Assembly (NCBI GenBank): GCA_034780895.1
Contig: JAUZTB010000080.1
Coordinates: 13,160,098 to 13,224,097 of the forward strand
Origin: Rhynchobatus australiae
Lineage: Eukaryota
Reading direction: 5' to 3'
Length of the DNA stretch: 64,000 nucleotides
Below are positions 52,061 to 64,000 of the stretch, one piece after another. The notes beneath the pieces were generated by a model. It did no database searches. It saw only the letters and a list, made by a program, of their open reading frames with translations, and was not told the DNA's origin. The translations under genes were made by a program, and so were the position numbers. Position 1 is the first letter of the stretch, and every line of letters starts with the position of its first letter.

Positions 52061-54119
52061 CTCACAGAACAATCCCCTTACCNNNNNNNNNNNNNNNNNN
52101 NNNNNNNNNNNNNNNNNNNNNNNNNNNNNNNNNNNNNNNNNNNNNNNNNNNNNNNNNNNNNNNNNNNNNNNNNNNNNNNNNNNNNNNNNNNNNNNNNNNN
52201 NNNNNNNNNNNNNNNNNNNNNNNNNNNNNNNNNNNNNNNNNNNNNNNNNNNNNNNNNNNNNNNNNNNNNNNNNNNNNNNNNNNNNNNNNNNNNNNNNNNN
52301 NNNNNNNNNNNNNNNNNNNNNNNNNNNNNNNNNNNNNNNNNNNNNNNNNNNNNNNNNNNNNNNNNNNNNNNNNNNNNNNNNNNNNNNNNNNNNNNNNNNN
52401 NNNNNNNNNNNNNNNNNNNNNNNNNNNNNNNNNNNNNNNNNNNNNNNNNNNNNNNNNNNNNNNNNNNNNNNNNNNNNNNNNNNNNNNNNNNNNNNNNNNN
52501 NNNNNNNNNNNNNNNNNNNNNNNNNNNNNNNNNNNNNNNNNNNNNNNNNNNNNNNNNNNNNNNNNNNNNNNNNNNNNNNNNNNNNNNNNNNNNNNNNNNN
52601 NNNNNNNNNNNNNNNNNNNNNNNNNNTGGCTGCTTAATGCATCACCATCTCCAGTTTTGATGAAAGGTCATTGACCCTAATGTTAACCATTTTTCTCTCC
52701 ACAGATGCTACCTAGCAATAAGTATTCCCAGCATGTTGTTTTCTTTCTGGATTTCCAGAAACCTCCAGAAGGTAAAACTCAAAGCACAGTAAAGCAGTAG
52801 GTGATTTGTTGATGTAGGAACCTGTGACACTAGAATCTATCGTCAGAATAAAATATGAAAGTAGTAAGGGCAAGCACCATCTTAGATGATGCACTTCAAA
52901 CAAGCAATTATATCATTAGTGAAACAGAGTATATTCTATCAACTGCAGGCACTGACCTGTGCTAAAACAAGATTTTTCTTTTAATGCAAAAGCCAAAATA
53001 TGATCTGGGTCACTGTACCAAAAGTGACCTTTTGTCAACACCCCAGCCCAGCAGCCAACCACCACCCCCTCCCCATGTTCTTCCCCCCACCCCGGCCAGA
53101 AATAGACTTGTGCATCTCACCTTGTAGCAACCTCTCCTCCTGTTGGCTGAATGTGGAGTGGCACTGGCGTCTAAGGCGTGGAGAAATCCGCCCTTCGTTT
53201 GCCTGCCCTTCCATCTGAGGTCCAGTTTCAGAGGAGTGCTCTTTGGGGAAGAAGAGTAGAGAGTCAATCTATCTCACAGCTCAGAAAAGTCCATCAGCAC
53301 TACTACCCCAGCCGCACAAAACAAAACTCCTGCTTTGAGACCAGGATGATGGATAGTCAGATATTGAAGTATAATGCTTTTGGGGGACTAAACAAGTTGA
53401 ATAAACAATGAAGCACCACAGACACTGCAGTGGAACTTCACTGGTAACCAATGCACAACATTCTACAGTAAAGCACAAGCTGCTTCATCCTTTGCCAAGC
53501 ACAGTCACAAATAATTTCCAGATTTCAGCCAAAAATAATGAATGCAAGTCCTAAAGAAACTGCCAAATGTTTTACTAACTCAAGAACTAAGGACATCACA
53601 TAGTAGCAGTCAAATGACAATGCCACCAACATAAAACACTTGCAATACCAATATTTAAATGCAAACATTTGATTGTCCCCAACTTCAGTCTGGCTGTGTA
53701 TCATAAAATACAGATTCCAGCCCTGTCTGCCAATGCTGACAACCTAGGTAGTGGAGTGGGTCAGATAGGGATTACCCCTTCTGTAGGGGTGCACCCACTG
53801 CCATGCACTGTGCTGTCACAAAGCTCAGACTGGGAACTACCTGGAGGCTATAGGTATGAAGATAGGCTTCACTATTCCAAGGTTCAGTTTGCAAATTTAT
53901 CATGTTGCATCAGGCATTCCCTCAAAGCAACCTACTTCTCCTTGCTTATCCAACGATAGACAAAGGCAAGTGTAAACTCCTGTGTCATGTGGAGAACTTC
54001 TTTAAACCTTCAAAAATATAATCTATTCATACAATTTCAAATACATACAATGCAGAAAATGCCAGTAAACAGTTCCATCACATGTAACATGACTCCAATT
54101 ACTTAACATTAGCATGACT

Positions 54120-54460
54120 TTAGTCATCATTTAGTTACAACCCTTAAGTAAACTTTTCCCTAAACTTTGGCCCTGCCCCAGAGAACCCTCGCAGTGGCTG
54201 CATCCAGCTTCAGCAAGTTGCTCAACACGTAGTCCTGGTGCTTGGAGCGTGCCTGTTTGCAGCCCTTTGTCATGGACAACACCTTGCTCTGGAACACCAG
54301 CGAGTTTCAGACAGACCAGAGTGGGGGGTCTCCAGCAGCAGATGATAGTGGCCCCCACCCCCCTGGGAACTGCCTCACACCAGAGTCCCATGTTGTGGAT
54401 GAATCTAACCTAAGAAAAACCCTTACCACGTCTTCCCACACCTTGTGTTGCACGAAATAA
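54120..54460 (-). mobile_element. Tx1/L1-clade LINE ORF2 C-terminal fragment
   Basis: Minus-strand translation across frameshifts gives KVWEDV..CCWR..LWSV..LVFQSKVLS..QDYVL..LKLDAA..LWG, typical of fish Tx1 3' ends. Confidence 0.65.
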
Positions 54461-57400
54461 TCAAGTCTTACCAATATCTCTGGAGCTGCCAATGAAATTG
54501 GGGGCACAGCATAGAACATAACATAGGAGAAACTGCTACTGCATTTGGGTGAGATATTAAACAAAGAATGCATCTAACTTTTCTCATGGATGCAATAAGA
54601 TTCCACTAAAGCTATGTGGCCTATTTACCATCCCCACCACAAACTAAAAGCAAACAAATTAAATGGCCATTCATTATATTTTCTTTGCAGAGTTTTGCTT
54701 GTGCAACAATGACAACCCTTTTAATGCAATCCATTGTTTGCATCGGAACATTCTGAAAGAGTGAAATGCGCTCTTTAAATCAAGCCCTTTGCTCAGAATT
54801 GAATTCCAACTGTGAGGCAACAGGAGAAATGGTAAACCAAAATCTGGTCTCTTTCTCATTGGCCAACAGCCATGCACAAGTCTTGTTGGGAGGGCCAGGT
54901 CAATAACCTGAATCACTTCCAAGGGTCACATATGCCACTGGGGAAAACCCAATCTACGAAAGGGCCACAGTGTTATCATCATCTCAGCCAGTTCTGACAT
55001 CAGACTTGTGGACCAAAGCGCATCGCCAATCAAAGACAACTTTGTGCAATGTCCTGGGGTTAATGCTGCAAAATCTGGGCTGTAAAGTTAAACTCGGCTT
55101 GACTAGGGCAGCAGCAGAAACTACATTTTAATGGAGGCCAGGAAGCTTCAGATTAGAGCTTTTGAATTAATTTGGTTAATTTCTTTAATTTTAAGTGCTT
55201 TCTAAAATTTTGTGTTTAATTATTTTTAAATTTGTAGCAATTAAAGTAATAACTCTTTCATTGTTTTTGAATATCTTCGCAATGTTTCTGTAATGTTAGC
55301 AATAGTCAAATGTTCAAAATATTGAGTTTTTGATAACCTGCGAGTTGGGTCTCTGGCTCAGTCAGCTGTCAAAGCATCCCTGGGGCAAGGAGGCCCTGAA
55401 CTCCAGAGGCTCACCAACATGGGACCTAGTTGCTACTGCAGACAGGTGCAAGTAGGGGGAGGCAGTGATCACACACAGCTCACTGTTCACACCACTAAAC
55501 CAGGATTATATCCCATCAAATAGAACTTCAAAAGGAATGCACATTTATAATCAAGCGTGCTTTATTTCAAAGTTGATGCTGTTTAGACATATCATGACAT
55601 ATGTATATATCCAGTCTCTTTCTCTGGAGTGAGGAGCAACAGAAGCCTGCAGAAACTTTTCAAGAATAAATGCAGGATAATTGCTGCCCCTCTTGTCACA
55701 GCCATCCTGGATCCAAAAAGCAATTCAATTATATCACTATGCAAACAAGTTGCAGGGGCATTAAGTACTGACACAAGGTTGATCATAAACCTAGTTTGCA
55801 TAAAAAGACACCTAACCAACTTGCAAAACGTCTGTCTATAGCACTTCATTAATACAGTGCAATTAATGTGGAATCATTCATGAGAGGTCAAACACGTGTT
55901 GTCCTAAAACAGATTTGATGGAGTCCTTTAGCAGAACACAGCAAGAATTTAACCTCAGGAGGAGAGGCAACTTTGCTTAATTCCTTAAAGTGATAAACAT
56001 AAAAATTGAGAGTCTCGGATTCTGTGGAATGTTACCGTTTCATTGCTGTGCACAAGCTGTGATACCCCTGTGTCCACACGCCCCTCTTTTGTAGGAAAAT
56101 GCATTAAGTACAGCTTGCAATACGTAATATAATACCCCACCGCCTTTCACCAGTGAACAAAGCAGACAAAAATGTGCAAGCCCCCAAAAGAGATATTTTG
56201 AAAAATAATCAAAACCTTGCTTAGAGCCAGGTTTTAAGGTGTGACTTAATTGGGGAGTGAAGTACAGAGCTGGAGGACATTACAGAATTCCGGAGTTCAA
56301 GACCCAGAGGGTGCGGCACTGACAGTCATACACATGGCAAGAGGCCAAAATACACCAGTGTTGATGGCACTGTTCAGTGGTGGAAGTTAGTGAGCTGCAG
56401 CTGGGGATGATTTCAGGAACTCCACAGCAAAGCAATTAAGTAGAAGTTGGATGCCTTTCAGCTGAAACACCACAGTTCCAGGGAACTGGCAAAAGACCAA
56501 AGCTACACAAGATACCTGCTGCATCAGAGCTTAAAAAATATTCTTCATTTGCCTGAAAGCCAATTCTGGAGGTGGGTTAGTGAAGTCTGATCATTTGCCT
56601 CTGTGCTCATTTCATTGATGTCAGAGAATCAGGGGGCACAGTCTGCAGTAGTAACCAGAGGTTCATTAATTCATAGACTATTTCTAATCCCATCATGGCA
56701 GTTGGGGAATTTAACTTCAATTAATCAATCCCAGAATTTAAAAACTATGTTGACCATGAAATTATCAGATTGTTATTAAAAATAATAAATGTCCTAGAGA
56801 AGGAAAGCCGTTGTCCTTGCTTGATCTGGCCTATATGTGACTCCAAACCCATCAATGTGGTCAACTCCCTTCCAAAATAGTAAACCATCAGGATCAAGGA
56901 AATTAGGGATGGACTATAAATGCTCCCCTTGTCATCAAGTAACTGAATGTATGAATAAAAAGTAAAGAATGGATAAAATGATAGGGAAAACCAGATTAAC
57001 TAATTCATCTCCTTTTCCTGGAAACCACCCCACCCCCCACACACACGCAAAAAAAACACATCAGGGTATGTAAACAAGATGAAAGTTCAAATTGTTGCAG
57101 TAGAAATGCTTAATTCATCAGTTGGCTCCCCTCAAAATCAAGATGCTGCCCTGCACATTCACCCTTTCAGTCCCCAGTTGTATCAGGGCTTTGAAACTCA
57201 AAGTTGATGCAAGTTTGCCAACAAGGATCACCTGTAAACATAACCACATATTTTGCCTGGATTTTGTTGATAATGCCAGCAGTTCCAAGAAGATCATCTC
57301 TGAAGGGGAGGCAACGATTACAACATTTCAGTCTGTGGTGTTGATTCCCCTTTTGCAGAGGTTAACTATAGGCTGTAGTGCAAGGATCTCCCTGGCATCC

Positions 57401-59144
57401 AGCGACCACAATAGAATCGAATGAGCTGTACAACTAATCAAGGATTTACATGAATCGAGGGGGTAAGCTTTTTTGGCTAATATTTTTAGAGTACTAAAAG
57501 TTTGGAACTTACAAGATTAATGTACTAACACAATGAAACTTGAAAATCTACTGAACTTTAAAATATTTGCAGGTAAAATTACAGCTCACAAAATTAGATT
57601 TTTAGGATTACAGAATTTGCTCAACAGCAATTATGGATTGGTATACCAATAAAATCTCATTGTATAACAATACAAATTTCCCCAGATACGCACCCCACTC
57701 AAAAGGCCACACCTAGAGTTGAGGGGGAAAAAAGAGAAAGGCAAAACAAAAAGTTTGAGCATTCCCTGCCAGATAAGCATTGATTTTTCATACATTTGAT
57801 CTTATACAAGGGCCTTCCCTATTTCAAACCAATGAAGTGCTTAACCGGCATCATAACACTAGCTTAGCAAGTTAATGGACTGCAATAGTATATATACCTC
57901 AGATTTGACTCCCAATGTTCAGAGTCTGAAGTGTAGAGACATCAGCTGCTGATCTTCTAACACAGAACAAAGCACAACATTAAGCTCGAGCCATTGGAGT
58001 CCTGACATTTTTATCACAACTCCCAAATAGGTGAAGGCGTTTGGAGGGGGTTAAGGGGAAATATGAAAAATTCAAAACAGTGTTGAGTCCATAAACAGCA
58101 CCAAGAATTGCGTGGCACATATTCAACTTGCTATGCTAAGAGACAAGTGAGAAACAGCAAAAGAATGTGTTCAAATTATCAGTAAATTGGCCATCCAAGC
58201 AGGATTGCAAAATAAAAGTTAAACTACAGTACTCTATCCCCAGGGCTCAATTCTCTCTGGAAATCAATCTCCCTCAGATAACTGGGACAAGAACAGTGTT
58301 AGTCCACTCCACAGCAAATCAAGCTGTCCAGCAGTGAACAGCCACTTGAACCAAATTCCACACAACCCTACCCAGTCATGTGCTGCTTTACCTGCACTAT
58401 ACATAGTGGATAACGAGCATCAGATTTCTTGTTCCAAACAATGCCATTCTTATGCAGTCGCTCGTAGTACTTTGTCTTGGCCACAGCAGCTTCACCAGTC
58501 TTTTTGCACAGACATATCACTGGACACAACTGAGTATACAGGCATGTTCTGATGTAGTCCCCTCCCATTAATATTTAGGTGGAGCCAACATGCATGAGCT
58601 CACCCTTAGAGAACAGCCTTGAATACACAATGCTTTCACTGCGCTGTGAACTTTATCCTGTGAGGACAATCACTCGCTTTCTTCCACAAAGAACGTTAAC
58701 CCTTTCATTCAGCTTGCTTTTTTTAAAAAAAAGAGAAAAGACTGCATGCACCAACTTCCTTTCTGAAGTGATGAAATGAAACATCTTTGTCTCTTCTACT
58801 CTCAAATATTCCTTTGCAGGTGTTTAAAAACTGTGGAGCTTTTCCTCTAGTCTTTCCTTCCACATACAGTCAAGCTCGGGTCTGGAATTATTTCCAAATG
58901 CACAAAGTGCCCAGGTTTCTTCCATCCACCTCGGTAACTATAATATGGGCCCATACCTTCCAATTTAAAATAAATCAATGCTTCCCAAGTGAGGTTGAGG
59001 TTCTTAAAATTGAGATAACTTTACAAACCCTTTATGAAAACTGGTGCCACCTTGAGTCCATTCAAAATCTACATCAACAATCACACACTTATTAGTGACC
59101 AATCTCAGGAAGGTAGTGTCCTTAAAATATTTCCGGCTAGAGAG

Positions 59145-59766
59145 ATAACACAGTCTTCATCGAGGGGTTAGTGGTAGAAAGAACGAGCAACTTAGAGTTC
59201 CTGGACATCAGCATCTCAGAGGATCTATCCTGGGCCCAACACATCAATGCAATCAAGGCGGCGGCATGCTAGTGGCTCTACTTCATTGGGAGTTAGAGGA
59301 GATTTGGTTTATCACCAAACACTCTTGCAAAGTTCTATACATGTATGGTGGAGAGCATTCTGACTGGTTGCATCACTGCCTGGTATGGAGGCTCCAATGA
59401 GCAGGATTGAAAGAGGCTGTAGAGGGTTGTAGACTCAGCCAGCTCTGTCATGGGCACAACCCTCCTCACCACGGAGGACACCAAGAGGCAGCACCCATCA
59501 CTAAGGACCCTCACTATCTGGGACATACCGTCTTCTCATTACTGCAATTGGGGGAGGAGGTACAGGAGCCTGAAGACCCACACTATGTTTTAAGAACAGC
59601 TTCTTCCCCTCTGCCATCAGATTTCTGAACGGTCCAAGAACCTTTGAACACTGCTGTGGTATTCTGCTTTTGCACTATTTCTTGTACCTTATCGTAATTT
59701 GTCTTTCACCATACTGCTGCCACAAAACAACAAATTTCACAACATATGTCTATGATAATAAACCTG
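59145..59766 (+). mobile_element. Rex1-type LINE 3' fragment
   Basis: gtggagagcattctgactggttgcatcactgcctggtatgg (VESILTGCITAWYG), the Rex1 C-terminal motif. Confidence 0.85.
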
Positions 59767-61364
59767 AAAAAAAGGTTTAATATGAGTTGGAGTTCTAGAG
59801 GGGATCAGAAGAAGAATTTTTTCACCCAGTAGGTTGTTGTAATCTGGAATGCACTGCCAGAGTGGTGCTGGAGGTAGACACTCTCACAACATTTAACTAG
59901 CCTTGAATCGCCAAAGCACGAAGTGCTGGGAAATGGGATTATTATAGACAAGATTTAATGGTCAGCATTAAAGTGGTGGGCTGAAGGGCCCGTTCTATGT
60001 TGAAATGGCTTTATGACTCTGAGACCCCTGAGCTGCAATCAGAATTTACAGCTTATCGTGATGTGGTTTTTGTGCTGGTTGGCCAAAGGGAGCTTCATAC
60101 ACTCTGTTTCCAGACTTGATATTTAACATAATTTAGGTCAGGTTGAATGGGAAAAATGGATCAAGTTTATGAGGANNNNNNNNNNNNNNNNNNNNNNNNN
60201 NNNNNNNNNNNNNNNNNNNNNNNNNNNNNNNNNNNNNNNNNNNNNNNNNNNNNNNNNNNNNNNNNNNNNNNNNNNTGAGGAATTTCACTGAGACCAGGTG
60301 GTGCTAGAACACTTCAGGTCAAGTAAATGGCATTGCTGTCATCAGTAAAGTACACTCTAGAGCAGGTTCATTGGGGGCATAAGGGAGCGAGATGTACTCG
60401 AAACACAGTTAAAAGAATTACCGAGTCAAAATCCAATAAAGCAGATTATAGTGGTTGTGCAGGATTAAAGATAAAATACACCTCAGTGGTATACTGGAGA
60501 TATGCTAGACTATGGCTAAATACTCAAACATTCTCCGACTCTGAAGTCATTATTTTAAATTCTGTTAAGGCAGCCGAGGACAAGTAATTAAATTAATTTG
60601 GAATGAAAAAGGCAGTTAATAGGAACAAGGGATTGTTTGAAACATGACCATTGCCCTTAGCTGATCAGGCCTGTTACCCAACTCCAGACATACCTGTGTG
60701 ATTGACATTTAACCAAGATGGATTTAGCAAACCACTCAGAATGGGCAATAAATGTTGGTCTTGTCAATTATAACCATACTCCAGCAAAGAAAAATGTCAG
60801 GGTAAATCAGATTACATTAGGTGGCAGAGTAGCCAAAACATTGATATTCAAACAATAGGTATACTTTCTACCATTAGGGCCACCTTGATGATCATATTAA
60901 GGACAATCAGAGTCAGGGACAATGTGTATTATCTTAGTTGTTTTCACATTTGAAATCAGACAACACAAGAAAACAACTTGATGATCTGCATTTTGCAGAT
61001 TATAATCAACATGTAAAATGAATATTTGGAATAATGATACCAATTAAGCAGAAAGCAATGAAACAACCACCTAAGAACCTGATACTCATGATCTACTAAA
61101 AAAAACTGCATCTTACAACATGGTGCACAGAAAAATCCACATTATATATTATTGTAGCATTTGTTTGTGCTCCCTTACAACCCCCTGAAAAACTTGCACT
61201 TTAAGTTGCCTTTTAAAATGCCAGGAATAGAGCCTCAATGGGAGCCCTCGATACATGTCAGGGCCAGATCACGCCAGATTGGATCAGTACTTTATCCAGG
61301 TCAGGACGACTTATTTCACATCACTGCTTAGGTAGTGAGGAGGAACAAAGGGATTACACAGCAC

Positions 61365-62080
61365 AAACATGCCAATCATTAAAAATTGTGCTACAGGTTA
61401 TAAAAGGCCATTAAAACAAAAAAAAACTAGACAAGAACAAGGGCTTATTTCGAAAGGGATAGAAATGAAAAGTTGGGCAGTAACGTTAATCCTGTGTCAG
61501 GCTTTGGTTAGACCACATTCAGAGTGGCTTATAGATCAAGGCACCATATTGTAAACAAGACGAGGTTCTGGAGNNNNNNNNNNNNNNNNNNNNNNNNNNN
61601 NNNNNNNNNNNNNNNNNNNNNNNNNNNNNNNNNNNNNNNNNNNNNNNNNNNNNNNNNNNNNNNNNNNNNNNNNTGTTGCAAGAATGTTTACAAGGATTGG
61701 ACTAGTAATGTGAGAGTTTTTCGTACTAGCAAAATATAAGCAGACTGGGTTTCTTTTTTGAGAAGAAAGTTGAGGGGGGTCTTTAAAGTTACAAAAGGTT
61801 GTGACAGAGATAAAATGGTTATGATTTTCTTCAAGGTGGAAACAGAGGCCATCAGTACCAGATGAAATCCAAGAAGTCTAATAGGGAATTCACAGGAAAC
61901 TTTGTGATCCAATGAGTAAAGGAATATGTAATTCACTCTCAAGGGAGGGTTGAAGCAAAAGGTAGCTACTCGCAAGGGATGGTTGGACAAGCATGTGAGA
62001 GAGAAGGGAATAGAAGGGGTAAACAATGATAGTTCTAGATGAGAGAAGGTAAGAGATTCAAGTGGACTGTACTGTGTATA
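61365..62080 (+). mobile_element. CR1 3' fragment spanning a gap
   Basis: ttggttagaccacattcagag (LVRPH motif) and CR1-type tail. Confidence 0.65.
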
Positions 62081-62249
62081 CTATGAATACTATAAAGATG
62101 ATTATTCTTAGGATGACAATTGGGTCAGATATAGAAAAGTGATTAATTCAGATTGGACATGGTCAGGTCAGAGCTGGGCTGGATTTTGATTTTTATACCC
62201 AGCAGACCTCTAACCAGAGGTCACAAAACAATTTTGAATTATTGAAATG

Positions 62250-62510
62250 TCTTTGAAGCAGAGTCGTTGTGATGTAGGAAACATCAGCCCAATTGTTTAC
62301 TGAAAACTCCAACAAACAACAAAGGTACAAATGCTCTAGTGATGTTTGCTGGGGGATAAACATTGGCTCATAATACTAGAGCAATTCCCTTGATGTTCCT
62401 TCAAAGTGGTGCCATGAGATTCATCTTGCATTTATTTACCCAAGTGATTCTTAGTTTAACATCTCACCTGAAAGACAACATGTTTGACAGCGTAGCATTC
62501 CACTACAGTA
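62250..62510 (-). mobile_element. Deu-domain SINE
   Basis: gggataaacattggc, gtgccatgagat, tttaacatctcacctgaaagac. Confidence 0.65.
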
Positions 62511-63049
62511 CATTCCACTTCTATAACTAAAATTAAACATAAGAAATGGAAGGAGGAAGCCAATCAACCCTATGCTGCTCCACCACCATTCAATACAACC
62601 ATGGATGCTAACTTTTTGTGCCCCCGTGATGCTTTTCTGCACCAACTCCATTTGTTAATACTCAAAAATGAATCAACGTCTAACTCAAATATATTCAGCA
62701 AACCTTCTGTCTCATCACTAGTAAACAGCTGCAATTAAGCCATGTACCTTCTCCTCTACATGGTCACAACATAGTATTCTCCTGTACTTGGTCACAATAT
62801 AATATTAGCACTCTGCTGGATGAAGACACACAACACAACATGATCATCCTTCCTTTATGCAGCAAGTGATGGCAAGATATTCAACTATACAAGACTTCAC
62901 AGTTGGGCTTGAACTTCTCATCTCTCCCAATAGCTTTTCAGTGGGCCTCCTGAGAACCACTGGTTTCGGTACTGGATATGGACAGGATCACAAACAGTCT
63001 GTCACAACACAAGCCACTGCTACGTGATATGCACTTGGGAGATGCTCAC

Positions 63050-63239
63050 CATTTTTCCTCTTGTTCAAAGGCGAAAAGCCGTTGCTTGACTGCAGCGTGA
63101 GCTCTTGCAGTTCATTTGCGACCGCTTCACTCTGTGGACTCGGAGCTGATCCATCTTCTTCACTATCGCCAACCCCACCACCGTCTGACCCATTACCAGA
63201 AACGGCGAGGGGAAGGCTCACTTCATTCGGCAAATCCAC
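63050..63239 (-). CDS. MRTFA: MRTF-A long-isoform N-terminal coding exon. Whole exon is 63050-63257; coding from a putative GTG start at 63239: VDLPNEVSLPLAVSGNGSDGGGVGDSEEDGSAPSPQSEAVANELQELTLQSSNGFSPLNKRKN
   Basis: Acceptor ttccctctccaccttctgttttcattgttacag|G at 63258/63257 and donor AATG|gtgagc at 63050/63049 (phase 1). The PSPQSEAVANELQEL and PLxxRKN motifs match the MRTF-A N-terminus. Joins in frame to the RPEL1 exon (G+TA = Val). Confidence 0.93.
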
Positions 63240-64000
63240 TTTGACTTGAATATTAACCTGTAACAATGAAAACAGAAGGTGGAGAGGGAATTGATTAAAA
63301 AATGAACACATTCTGACCACTGTACTATGTTCTAACAAATGAACAATAAAAACAGGTGAAAATCAATTAATTTTCAATTTGGAAAATTAAGCTCTTTGCA
63401 GCCATTAGTAATGTGAATCTGCTCTGAGAACTTTGCATGACAAGCCCCTGGAAAACATAGATCGCTTTCTTTGTCTCAGGATCAAACTTACAGCAAAGAT
63501 AAGCACCCATAACCAAATTCACCACTACCTCAGTATATACCAGCAGTTTTTGAATATCATTAACTCAAACCTACCACCAAGCTTGTGGTCTTCATGACAG
63601 CAATAGTCCCCACTTTACACTGCAGAGGTGCAGACCATCTGCAGCAGCAACCTCAAAGCACTGAAGATGACCACTGGTATCTCATAAAGTCCTCCAAATC
63701 CACTGGAGTGGGGAACCAGGCAGTGTGTACTTCCTAGCCAATGTGCCCAGCATCGTGGCTCTAATTACATTCAAATAACTCTGATGGATGGGACATACCA
63801 TCTAAGCTCCATAATAGTAAGACATTTCCACAAGGACAAAGTGTTTCAAGGATGTTCTCAAAGGCTCCATTAAGCAAATGAGACATTATAGGAATGGAGG
63901 AGCACCACTTGGGCAGGCACTGGGCATCTGAAGTCTCTTCAATGACAGCACAATGAGGATGAGTGAAAACAAAGGAGCACAGAACCTCCAAGCAATGTGT

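Larger units (their letters stand above)
21399..63049 (-). other. MRTFA: 41.65-kb GT-AG intron between the long-isoform exon and the RPEL1 exon
   Basis: Bounded by gtgagc (63049) and ggcag (21399); length includes N-gaps. Confidence 0.88.

Noticed and set aside
62988-63338. 116-aa ORF read as a single-exon gene
   Set aside because: Only 63050-63257 is exonic; the flanks are intron read-through past clear splice sites.
1-64000. CRISPR arrays, operons, rRNA or tRNA genes
   Set aside because: None seen; this is eukaryotic intronic sequence and the tRNA-like pieces are SINE heads.

Overview
Vertebrate nuclear DNA, most likely a cartilaginous fish (shark/ray, judged from its repeat families), from a draft assembly with 14 N-gaps. 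It is not prokaryotic, and the supplied ORFs are almost all spurious or transposon-derived. The window is the 5' intronic part of a minus-strand myocardin-related transcription factor gene, best matching MRTFA/MKL1. Two exons are clear: a 208-nt exon (63050-63257) encoding the ...PSPQSEAVANELQEL...RKN N-terminus, apparently GUG-initiated, and the 66-nt RPEL1 exon (21333-21398, VLQLKLQQRRTREELASQGIMP). The 41.6-kb intron between them holds two more ATG-initiated exons with phase-1 donors (41146-41272 and 48134-48197). Both splice in frame onto RPEL1 and resemble alternative first exons of the paralogues MRTFB and MYOCD/BSAC, suggesting three alternative N-termini. Other notable signals are a ~3-kb CpG-retaining domain (about 3.8-6.95 kb), short TSD-flanked Penelope-terminus elements with hammerhead-ribozyme-like motifs, and a 190-bp-arm fold-back built from CR1 RT sequence. 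The rest is decayed CR1, L2/CR1-group, Rex1, Tx1, Penelope, V-SINE and Deu-SINE sequence. Repeat boundaries are by-eye estimates, and paralogue comparisons are from memory and need checking.
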